A stretch of 64,000 nt of DNA from a virus: the IMG/VR virus record IMGVR_UViG_3300032053_000017, positions 1 to 64,000 of that record; one strand, given 5' to 3'. A program made the translations under genes and the position numbers. Shown here in pieces: positions 28,698-36,999 of the stretch (positions are counted from its first letter, which is position 1; each line of letters starts with the position of its first letter). The notes under the pieces were generated by a model. That model had not been told where the DNA came from and did no database searches. It saw nothing but the letters and a program-made list of their open reading frames with translations.

Positions 28698-29228
28698 AGC
28701 TTTTGAGGTCCAGCGCGGCCAGGTATGGCAGGATAGGGACCGCCGCTGTATCGGCTGTGAGTTCAAAATTGTCGGGTTTGGCTATGACGGCGACCCGGCT
28801 TGGAACTATTTCTGTGTGAGGGGGCGGGAAATGGATAAGGCGATTGTCTTCCATACGGTTACTCGCCGCCATTCACAGATACTGCTCAGACGCCTCAGGC
28901 CGATGGGCGGGGCCTATAAACTGCTGGGAAGGTTTGACAGTGCGTAAGTCAGGTATCTCTCGTCATGGTCCATTTCTGCTCTGGCAGTGGCGCGGGGGAC
29001 TGCGCCTGCCCACGTGGATGGCGAAGTCTATTATTCATTGTTGGAACTGGGTCGCGTGCCGGATCTGGGGGCACGACGATGTCTTGTGGCACTTGGCACA
29101 CGCGGGGCATGTTCCCGAGGCTGAGGCGAGGTGCTTACACTGTTCGAAGCGGTTGACAGCTTGCACTATAGTCCACAACAGGTGGGCGCTGGGTCGTAAT
29201 CGAACGGAAAAGTAGGAGGACGAGACTC

Positions 29229-30308
29229 GTGCGCAAGAAGATAAACGTAGCTATTGTCGGGGTAGGCAACTGCGCTTCGTCGCTTGTCCAGGGCGTTAAC
29301 TTCTATCGTGATGCCAAGGTTCTCCAGGAGATCCCCGGCCTCATGCATCCGGTCTTGGGTGGGTACAAGATCTCGGACATCAATTTCGTTGCGGCATTTG
29401 ACATCGACGCCAACAAGGTGGGCAAGGATCTGTCTGAGGCCATCTATGCGCCGCCCAACAACACGCTTAGGTTTGCTCAAGGCTCATCAGATGTGCCGTA
29501 CATGGACGTCCCTGTTCAGCGTGGAATGACCCACGATGGGCTGGGCAAGTACCTATCGCAGATCATCAAGAAGTCGACAGCGCCTACGGTTGATGTGGCA
29601 AAGGTGCTGCGGCAGACAAAGACCGATGTCCTCCTCAACTACCTGCCGGTGGGCAGTGAGGAGGCGACCAAGTGGTACATGGAGCAGGCGCTCGAGGCTA
29701 ATGTGGGTGTGGTCAACTGCATCCCGGTCTTCATCGCCAGTTCGCCCTACTGGGGGGCGCGGTTCGAGGAGGCAGGACTGCCCATCATCGGGGACGATAT
29801 TAAGTCTCAGGTGGGCGCGACGATCCTGCACAGGGTGCTGGCGCGTCTCTTTGAGGACCGCGGTGTCCGCATCGACCGGATGTATCAGCTTAACTTCGGC
29901 GGCAACACCGACTTCCTCAACATGCTGGAGCGCGAGCGTTTGGAGTCGAAGAAGATCTCGAAGACGCAGTCGGTTCAGTCGCAGTTGGGAACGGCGCTTC
30001 CCGCTGAGCAGATCCATGTCGGGCCTAGCGACCATATCCCGTGGTTGTTGGATCGCAAGTGGTGCCACATCCGCATAGAGGGTACGACGTTCGGGAACGT
30101 GCCGCTGAACTTGGAGCTGAAGCTGGAGGTCTGGGACTCGCCGAACTCGGCGGGTATCGTGATCGACGCGCTGCGCTGCGTTAAACTAGCGCTTGACCGT
30201 GGCATCGCCGGCCCGCTGATCGCGCCGAGCTCCTACTTCATGAAGAGTCCGCCGACACAATTCACGGACAACGAGGCCCGTGAGGAACTGGAGGAGTGGA
30301 TTGCCTAA
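29229..30308 (+). CDS. ino1: myo-Inositol-1-phosphate synthase
   Basis: [65 protein letters not shown]; full length. Confidence 0.96.
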   Translation: MRKKINVAIVGVGNCASSLVQGVNFYRDAKVLQEIPGLMHPVLGGYKISDINFVAAFDIDANKVGKDLSEAIYAPPNNTLRFAQGSSDVPYMDVPVQRGMTHDGLGKYLSQIIKKSTAPTVDVAKVLRQTKTDVLLNYLPVGSEEATKWYMEQALEANVGVVNCIPVFIASSPYWGARFEEAGLPIIGDDIKSQVGATILHRVLARLFEDRGVRIDRMYQLNFGGNTDFLNMLERERLESKKISKTQSVQSQLGTALPAEQIHVGPSDHIPWLLDRKWCHIRIEGTTFGNVPLNLELKLEVWDSPNSAGIVIDALRCVKLALDRGIAGPLIAPSSYFMKSPPTQFTDNEAREELEEWIA

Positions 30309-30834
30309 GGGCGTTATTTACGCGCTGATCAATTCCGATACACTTGAGATGCGATATGTCGGCAAGACTTCCAAGACGGCTGAGGCCAGACTTCAGACGC
30401 ATCTCAGGAATGTTCGCTTACGGCGCGGGTGCAATCATCATTTGCAGGCCTGGCTTCGTTCTCTTCTAGTTCCCCCGGCGGTGGTCATTCTCGAGCGTGA
30501 TGTGCTAGATTTGAACGAGGCTGAACGTCGGTGGATTGCAGATCTTCGGGCTCAGGGCGCTCGTTTAACAAATATGACTGATGGTGGCGATGGGTGCGCC
30601 CTTACGGGTCGGCATAATTCGGCAGAGACCGTTGCTAAAATAGTGGCTAAGACGCGCGGCCGAATTGTCTCTGCTGAGGCTAGGGCGCATATTTCGGCAT
30701 CAAGACAAAACGGGCGGCGTAGATTTGGTATGGATGCGCCTTTTTATGGTCGCCGGCATTCGTCGGTAACCAAGGCTAAGATTGCTGCTGCGCTGAAGGG
30801 CCCGCTTAATCCGAATTGGAAAGGCGGTCGTTAA
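30301..30834 (+). CDS. Free-standing GIY-YIG homing endonuclease with NUMOD3 repeats
   Basis: VIYAL...YVGKT, RL..H, E..WI, LTN.T.GG; HSxxTKAKI-type repeats; lower-GC codon usage. Confidence 0.8.
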   Translation: MPKGVIYALINSDTLEMRYVGKTSKTAEARLQTHLRNVRLRRGCNHHLQAWLRSLLVPPAVVILERDVLDLNEAERRWIADLRAQGARLTNMTDGGDGCALTGRHNSAETVAKIVAKTRGRIVSAEARAHISASRQNGRRRFGMDAPFYGRRHSSVTKAKIAAALKGPLNPNWKGGR

Positions 30835-31856
30835 TGGTTGTGCGTGAGGTAAAAGGCGACCCGAGGACCCACCGCCGCGCGTTCAGGGAGTTCGTGCGGT
30901 ATGAGTTGCTCTGCGGTGGCCCTGACCCGCATATGAAGTTGGCCCAGTCGATCGCCGGGCAACTGAGCGCGGATCTCATGCAGCGGGCCTGGTTTATCGG
31001 CTGCTACATCGGGCCGTACAACGTGCCGACCGGTGAGGCTATATTCGCTGATTGGTCACACCCTGTGCGCGCGCTGCATGAGCCGTGGGATTTCGAGGAC
31101 TGGATCCGAAGCAATTGGAGCAATTTGGTGCTGCGGCGCGAGCGCAGGCCGGTGCGGTCGCCGCGCAAGTTTGCCGAGCACATGCTCGACTACGCGGACT
31201 GGCTGACGCGGCCCGGCGGCTTTGAGGCGCTGGCACGGGCAGAGAGCTTCGAGGAGAGTTTTGAGATCGTGCGGCAGGTCCGGTACAACGGCCGGTACGC
31301 TACGATGAAGCTGTATGAGACGCTTCGGCGAACATGCGGGCTGCCGAAGTACGAGTTCACGGACATCAGGCCAGCAGGCGGCTGGTCGCCGCGGCTGGCG
31401 CTCTCTTGGCTCTATCCTGACGACGCGGTTGAACTGAACGGTAACGACAGCGCGTTCAACCTCACGATGGCACAGTGGGACGCCGAGCTCTTGCGCTATG
31501 AGTTGAAAATGGGAGGGATTGACCTCGACTGGTTCAACCTTGAGGTCATGCTCTGTGACTACAAACAGGCCTACGACGGGCGGCAATACCCGGGGCGGGC
31601 GCACGACTCGGAGCTGGGGCACTTGCGAAAGGTGCAGGCGGCATTTCCAAATACGGTGTTCAGAACGTTGAACACACGTTCGCTGCTGTTTCCAAGCTGG
31701 GCCCTCGGTGAGGTGCAGGGATGGGAGGGTCGGCGTGACGAGTGTAGTGCCGTGCTGGGTGAGCACGGGTACACATGGAGTGACGCGATATACGACTACG
31801 TACGAACGCGTGAAACCGGGGACTTTGTCAATCCCGTGGTGAGGAGCGGTTCATGA
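30834..31856 (+). CDS. aGPT-Pplase2 / amino-acid:DNA transferase-like DNA hypermodification enzyme (glycosylase-like fold)
   Basis: AWF..CY...Y, L..RRERR, GRY...K..E, SPR.AL, EVMLCDYK....R.YPG..D pattern; location beside an HMUDK-like kinase and a TS homologue. Confidence 0.72.
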   Translation: MVVREVKGDPRTHRRAFREFVRYELLCGGPDPHMKLAQSIAGQLSADLMQRAWFIGCYIGPYNVPTGEAIFADWSHPVRALHEPWDFEDWIRSNWSNLVLRRERRPVRSPRKFAEHMLDYADWLTRPGGFEALARAESFEESFEIVRQVRYNGRYATMKLYETLRRTCGLPKYEFTDIRPAGGWSPRLALSWLYPDDAVELNGNDSAFNLTMAQWDAELLRYELKMGGIDLDWFNLEVMLCDYKQAYDGRQYPGRAHDSELGHLRKVQAAFPNTVFRTLNTRSLLFPSWALGEVQGWEGRRDECSAVLGEHGYTWSDAIYDYVRTRETGDFVNPVVRSGS

Positions 31857-32311
31857 AGGTAACACAGATCACAGACGGACTCTATATCAGGGGCAAGTTC
31901 TTTGACATCCAGCAGCAGGATAAGCGTGTCGCTCTGCGTAAACTGGGTATCACATATGTGGTGAACCTTGTTCGACACGAGGATTGGGACCTCTACCAAA
32001 GCGCCGAGATCATGTACGAGCACATCCCGATCTCGGACGGGCGACTGGCAACGCCTGTCGCAGATAAATTGACGGTTCTTGCGAGGCGTCTGGCCATCCA
32101 CATCAAGCACGGGGGAGGGGTGCTCGTCTTCTGTAACGCGGGACGAAACCGTTCGGGGTTGCTTGCGGCTCTGATACTGCATGAGCTCTACCCCATATCA
32201 GGTAACACGGCGCTTGGCTGGGTGCGCAGGGCACGGCCGCGGGCGGTGGCAAACGAACACTTCGCGCGGTATCTTAACAGTGTAGGGATCAATACGGAGG
32301 CGGTGCTATGA
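31853..32311 (+). CDS. CX5R (DSP/PTP-like) phosphatase
   Basis: GITYVVNL, PISDG, VFCNAGRNRSG, RRARP...N..F. Confidence 0.85.
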   Translation: MKVTQITDGLYIRGKFFDIQQQDKRVALRKLGITYVVNLVRHEDWDLYQSAEIMYEHIPISDGRLATPVADKLTVLARRLAIHIKHGGGVLVFCNAGRNRSGLLAALILHELYPISGNTALGWVRRARPRAVANEHFARYLNSVGINTEAVL

Positions 32312-32501
32312 TTAGGGATAACCCCGCGGTTCAAATTGCTAGTGGGGTAAAGCTAGAGATGGCGTATGGGCAGCATACGGTGATTCAGGCGTGTCCCTCA
32401 ATGGCCGATGTGTATCGTGCTGACCGGATAATCAACCTCGAGACGGGCGTCGTGCTGAAGGACCGTTGGGGTTCAGTGGGGTTGCCGAGGAAGTACGCGC
32501 G

Positions 32502-33065
32502 ATGATCGTCAACCTGCGCGGACCTTCAGGAAGCGGTAAGTCCTACGTGGGACACCAGCTGTTGGACACATTTGGCGGCGAGCCTATCTTTGAGGATGGC
32601 TGGAACAAGTTCTCGCCGCGACTGATAGGCTACAAGCTGCCAGACAACTTCTACCTGCTCGGCTCGTACCGAGCAAAGGGTGGAGGATTGGATACGCTCT
32701 CGCCGCACGACAGGTCGGCACTGTTGCCGCTCATTGAGCGCTATGCTGCCATGGGGCATATCTTTTTCGAGGCGCTCGTGATCTCGAGCACTGTGCCATC
32801 ATACATAGAGATGGCGCAGCGACTGAAAATGCCATTCATCTTCGCATTCCTGGACACGCCGGTGGATCTCTGCATCCAGCGGATCTATCAGCGAAACGGC
32901 GGGAAACCTATCAAGGAGGATCCTGTCAAGGGGCACCACAAGTATATGACCCGGGTGGCTCAGCGGCTCCGTGATGCGGGCATGAAGACCGTGACCATCG
33001 ACTATAAGCGCTCGTTCGAAGAGGTCGTTAACCTCTTTCGCGCCGAGGGCTGGTATCCACTGTGA
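32502..33065 (+). CDS. P-loop kinase, 5-hydroxymethyl-pyrimidine DNA kinase (5-HMUDK)-like
   Basis: IVNLRGPSGSGKS, LGSY...GGLDT, FFEAL, FLDTP...C..RI..RNG. Confidence 0.75.
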   Translation: MIVNLRGPSGSGKSYVGHQLLDTFGGEPIFEDGWNKFSPRLIGYKLPDNFYLLGSYRAKGGGLDTLSPHDRSALLPLIERYAAMGHIFFEALVISSTVPSYIEMAQRLKMPFIFAFLDTPVDLCIQRIYQRNGGKPIKEDPVKGHHKYMTRVAQRLRDAGMKTVTIDYKRSFEEVVNLFRAEGWYPL

Positions 33066-33251
33066 CCGACGCTGAGCTTATAGCCCTGGCTGCCCTTGTA
33101 TGGGTTGAGACGCAAGGGATGATCGCGTTCAATGAGGAGAGGGCGCATGAGGGGTACGCTCCGGCTTATGGTGAACTTCTTTTTGTAACAAACCCTTCAA
33201 CATTGAAACTGCGGAAGGAACTAGAGCGGCGGGGCGTGCTGAAGGAGACTG

Positions 33252-34343
33252 ATGACAGTTAAACTAACTGGCGTCGGGGTTCATATCTACTCTGGTGGCT
33301 TCACCATTGGTATGGAGCAGGCCGGCGTTGAGGTTTTGGCACAGCTCGAGGAGCTTGACGCGGGGTTTGAGACGGCGCAGTTAAACCTCGCTACACGGAT
33401 GGATCATACTCTAGCGCCGTATGAGGACTGGCCGCTTAGGACGTATCAGAATAGAGTCAACATCGTGTATGCGAACCCCCCGTGTGCGCCGTGGAGTTTG
33501 GCAGGAGGTCGGAAGGGTATGGATGATCCGCGTATCGTCTATGCCATGGATTCGCTGGATGCGGGGCTGAAACTGAATGCGGACTTTATTGTGATCGAGT
33601 CGGTATGCCGCGCATGGTCGCCTACAGGCGGTCGGCCGTTGTTTGAGCGGTTTGCGCATAAGGCCATGAGGGATGGTTATGCCGTGACCATATTCTTCAC
33701 GAACGCGGTCTTGCATGGGGCGCCACAGTTGCGGCAACGGTTTCACTTTATCGCGCACAAGTATGAGATCAGGGATCTCTTCACCATAGCGCCCCTTACG
33801 TACGGTGACGTGTCTACAGTGTGGGATACCATTGGTGACCTTGAGGACCGTCCCGATGATGAAGCGTGGGGGCACAGTCGCACTGTTCCAGATGAGCGCG
33901 AGCTAAACGTGATACGCGACCTGCAGCAGGGCGAAAGTTGGGGTGATGCTTGGCGGCGCGTGATGGCGCGGGGGTTGCCCGCGAAGCCCGCACGGTTTAT
34001 CGCGCATAGACTGATCTACGACGCGCCGTGTGGGACCATCTTGGATATCGGTGCGATGGTGCACCCGACACAGGACCGAGTGCTGACGCTACGTGAGGGC
34101 GCGCGGCTGTGCGGCTACCCCGACGACTTCCAGTTCGCGCGGGGTAAACGTGGTTTCCACAACTCGGACGTGACACAGGCTGTCCTGCCGTTTGTGGGTC
34201 GGTACCTTGGTGCGGTATTCTCTCTAGGGATGAGGCGTGGACTACGGGTCGATGGGCGTGACGGCATAGAGGTCATCGACCTGCGGTCGTTTGCCAAGCC
34301 CTTCATGCCGAAGAAGTTCATAAGCGCTGGGAGGCCGGTGTAG
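33252..34343 (+). CDS. Atypical C5-cytosine DNA methyltransferase homologue
   Basis: HIYSGGF (I), NPPCAPWS (IV), IESV (VI), PQLRQRF (VIII), RVLTLREGARLCGYPDDF (IX). Confidence 0.8.
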   Translation: MTVKLTGVGVHIYSGGFTIGMEQAGVEVLAQLEELDAGFETAQLNLATRMDHTLAPYEDWPLRTYQNRVNIVYANPPCAPWSLAGGRKGMDDPRIVYAMDSLDAGLKLNADFIVIESVCRAWSPTGGRPLFERFAHKAMRDGYAVTIFFTNAVLHGAPQLRQRFHFIAHKYEIRDLFTIAPLTYGDVSTVWDTIGDLEDRPDDEAWGHSRTVPDERELNVIRDLQQGESWGDAWRRVMARGLPAKPARFIAHRLIYDAPCGTILDIGAMVHPTQDRVLTLREGARLCGYPDDFQFARGKRGFHNSDVTQAVLPFVGRYLGAVFSLGMRRGLRVDGRDGIEVIDLRSFAKPFMPKKFISAGRPV

Positions 34344-35401
34344 TGGACTACGGACCATACATCGTACTCGAGGGTCCTGACGGCACTGGGAAGACAACCC
34401 TTGCCAACGAGATCATCAGGCGTACGGGCGCGAATTATGTCCACTGCGGGCCGCCAGACGGGCCGGCGCTCGAGTACTACCTTCGGAAGCTTCGCTCTGT
34501 CAAGGGTCCTGCGGTGGTGGATCGGCTGCACGTCGGCAGCTACTGCTATGGCATCGCCTTCAGGCACGCCCCGGACCTGACGGAGTTTGAGAACTGGCTG
34601 ATCGAGGGGTTCCTTTACGCGCATGGCGTGCAGCTTATAAACTGTGAGCTGCCGGCTGAGATGGTCGACAAGAACTTGGCGCGGGGACCCGATAACGCGG
34701 ACGCGGCGATATATGAGAATCCAGCGAAGCGTGAGCTTCTGCGGGAGCTCTATAAGGAGAGGATGCTGGCGACCGAGCTGCCGCTCGTGCACTATGACTA
34801 CACCTCCTACTGTGGTGCATTTGAGGATATCGCGAGCTACATCGGTAACGCTCTGCGCATAGATACTCGGGCGCATGAGAGCTTGACTGAGCTGGATGCG
34901 ATTGGAAATATGGTCAACCCACGGCATATCTTGATCGCTGATCGGCCGTCATGGTATGACAGCACGGAAAACAGGCTGCGTAAGCAGGGTCTACTGCCGA
35001 CATGGCGTGTTGAGTTCATGAAGCGGTTTAACCGACGATTCGGGGGACTGGTGCTTAACTCAACGTCTGGTCGGTACATGTACATGGCGCTTCAGAGCGC
35101 CCAACTCAGATTGCGCGACTTTGCGATGTTCAACTCGGTCCAGGGCGACGGGCGGCATCTGCCTGAGACAATGTGGGGGCTGCCGCTCAAGTTTTGGACA
35201 CAGGCGGGTGATATTGTGGCATTGGGGCGTAACGCAGGTAGCGAACTGGCACGTGCCAATGTGCCCTACCGGGCCGTGCCGCACCCGCAGCATGTCAGAC
35301 GCTTTCACTACAAGGATGTTATGCGCTATGGGGCGGCATTGACTGACCCGAAGCAGCCCTGGGAGTGTGAGACTAGCTACTGCAAGACGGGAGAGTGGTA
35401 G
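34343..35401 (+). CDS. dNMP (thymidylate-like) kinase fused to a C-terminal UDG-like domain
   Basis: IVLEGPDGTGKTT, DR.H.G..CYG; C-terminal SG.Y...AL, IVALGRNA, VPHPQHVRRF. Confidence 0.75.
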   Translation: MDYGPYIVLEGPDGTGKTTLANEIIRRTGANYVHCGPPDGPALEYYLRKLRSVKGPAVVDRLHVGSYCYGIAFRHAPDLTEFENWLIEGFLYAHGVQLINCELPAEMVDKNLARGPDNADAAIYENPAKRELLRELYKERMLATELPLVHYDYTSYCGAFEDIASYIGNALRIDTRAHESLTELDAIGNMVNPRHILIADRPSWYDSTENRLRKQGLLPTWRVEFMKRFNRRFGGLVLNSTSGRYMYMALQSAQLRLRDFAMFNSVQGDGRHLPETMWGLPLKFWTQAGDIVALGRNAGSELARANVPYRAVPHPQHVRRFHYKDVMRYGAALTDPKQPWECETSYCKTGEW

Positions 35402-35402
35402 G

Positions 35403-36266
35403 ATGAACCCTACTATATTCGCTGGTGAGGACGCGACAGGACTTTGGCTCAGGGCGCTTAGAGGACTGATCAACGAGGGCGAGAGGGTCAGTCCGCGTGG
35501 GATGGGGACGCTTGAGCTGCGGCCGGCTATCTTGTCATTGCGTGACCCGCGGAAGCGGTGGGTTCAGGTGCCAGAGCGTAAGCTGTCAAAGGCGTTGGGC
35601 TACATCGAGGCGTTTCTACTGTTGACTGGTATGAGTGATGCGGAGCTGCTGGTGAAGGCCGCGCCGCAGTATGCTAACTTTGTCAACCCGGAGACCAAGA
35701 CGCTTGACGGGGCGTATGGGCCGCGTGTCGGTCCGCAACTTGACTACATCCGTGAGCTACTGAGGCGTGACCCGGACACCAGGCAGGCCGTCGTCACTAT
35801 CTTTGGACCAGCTGACCATCATGAGTCGCGGGACGTGCCGTGTACGGTCAGTTTGCACTTCATGGTGCGAGATGGGGCGCTTGAGCTTATCGTCTACATG
35901 CGGTCTAACGATGTCTGGCTAGGATGGCCTTACGATGTCGTGATGTTTACGGTGTTGCATGAGGCGTTGGCTGTTGATCTGGGACTGGCGCTTGGGCAGT
36001 ACACACACGTGGCTGGGTCGCTTCACCTCTATGATAGAAACAGCGACAAGGCCGTTAGGATCGCGGCGGAGTACGGCGGAAGATGGACTGAATCTGACGT
36101 GCCAATGCCAGAGGGCGCGACGCTTGAGGAACTGCAGGGTTATGCGCGCGCGCTGCTTTCAGCGTATAGGCGTGACCTGACGGTGAAAGATGTTTTGGGC
36201 AGTTTTAGCAGACTGCCAGCATTCTTCAAGGCCGCTGCTCGTGAGATGCTGGAGAAGGAGGCATAG
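35403..36266 (+). CDS. Thymidylate synthase homologue, predicted dCMP hydroxymethylase
   Basis: SPRG, AYGPR, DPDTRQA, catalytic PCT, MRSNDVWLGWPYD (Asp at the E. coli Asn177 position), SLHLY. Confidence 0.85.
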   Translation: MNPTIFAGEDATGLWLRALRGLINEGERVSPRGMGTLELRPAILSLRDPRKRWVQVPERKLSKALGYIEAFLLLTGMSDAELLVKAAPQYANFVNPETKTLDGAYGPRVGPQLDYIRELLRRDPDTRQAVVTIFGPADHHESRDVPCTVSLHFMVRDGALELIVYMRSNDVWLGWPYDVVMFTVLHEALAVDLGLALGQYTHVAGSLHLYDRNSDKAVRIAAEYGGRWTESDVPMPEGATLEELQGYARALLSAYRRDLTVKDVLGSFSRLPAFFKAAAREMLEKEA

Positions 36267-36268
36267 CG

Positions 36269-36553
36269 ATGCCGCACATTCCAGAGCGACGACGTGACGA
36301 TATTGACTTGTCCAGGGAAGGACGCAACAGCGCTGGGGAGTGCGATGGGCCAGGTGAGCTCAACTGGGCATTGACGGAGGTTGTTATCGGCTACCTTCTG
36401 GCGAAGGGCCTGAGCTATAGAACGTGCAACGACATTGTCGGCGCGCTGGACAACGCCAAGGACGAGTTCCGCCGGCTTGTACAGCATCCATACGAGGACC
36501 GGAAGATAGTGGAGAATGGGAATGCCTATCCCAAGGAGGTCTTGTCATGCTGA
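36269..36553 (+). CDS. Conserved phage hypothetical protein (DUF6899-like)
   Basis: GELNW, Y...NDIVGALD.AK.EF.R....PYED.KI.ENG. Confidence 0.6.
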   Translation: MPHIPERRRDDIDLSREGRNSAGECDGPGELNWALTEVVIGYLLAKGLSYRTCNDIVGALDNAKDEFRRLVQHPYEDRKIVENGNAYPKEVLSC

Positions 36554-36999
36554 ACCTCTATCTAGCAGGCCCTATAACGGGCTGCACCTACAAGGGGGCG
36601 ACCAACTGGCGCGCGTCGTTTGCCGAGCGGGTTAAGGAGCTCGGGTACAACGTGTACAGCCCGATGCGGGGCAAGGAGCACCTGTCGCGGGTCAAACGGC
36701 TCAGGCCGCACGGTTATGACAACCCGACGTCGATTGACAAGGCGATCATGCGTCGTGATTCATTTGATGTCAGGCGCGCTGACGTCGTATTGGCTAACTT
36801 GCATGGCGCCGAGATCGTGAGTATCGGGACGATGTTCGAGCTCGCCTGGGGATACATCCTCGGGAAGTTCGTTCTCGTTGTCATGGATGATACGGACAAG
36901 ATACACGACCACGCGTTCGTTGAGCAGTCGGCCAGCACAATCGTTGAGTCGCTCGAGGACGCTGAGCGGGTGCTTGAGGTCTTGGCGGGTAGCCTCTAA
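36547..36999 (+). CDS. Nucleoside 2-deoxyribosyltransferase / NMP N-glycosidase family protein
   Basis: YLAGPI, SPMR, RD..DVRRAD, SIGTMFELAW. Confidence 0.85.
   Translation: MLNLYLAGPITGCTYKGATNWRASFAERVKELGYNVYSPMRGKEHLSRVKRLRPHGYDNPTSIDKAIMRRDSFDVRRADVVLANLHGAEIVSIGTMFELAWGYILGKFVLVVMDDTDKIHDHAFVEQSASTIVESLEDAERVLEVLAGSL

Noticed and set aside
30301-30834. Group I intron carrying the GIY-YIG gene
   Set aside because: Ino1 ends at its natural C-terminus (YFMKSPP...), and the flanking genes overlap the endonuclease, leaving no room for intron core RNA.
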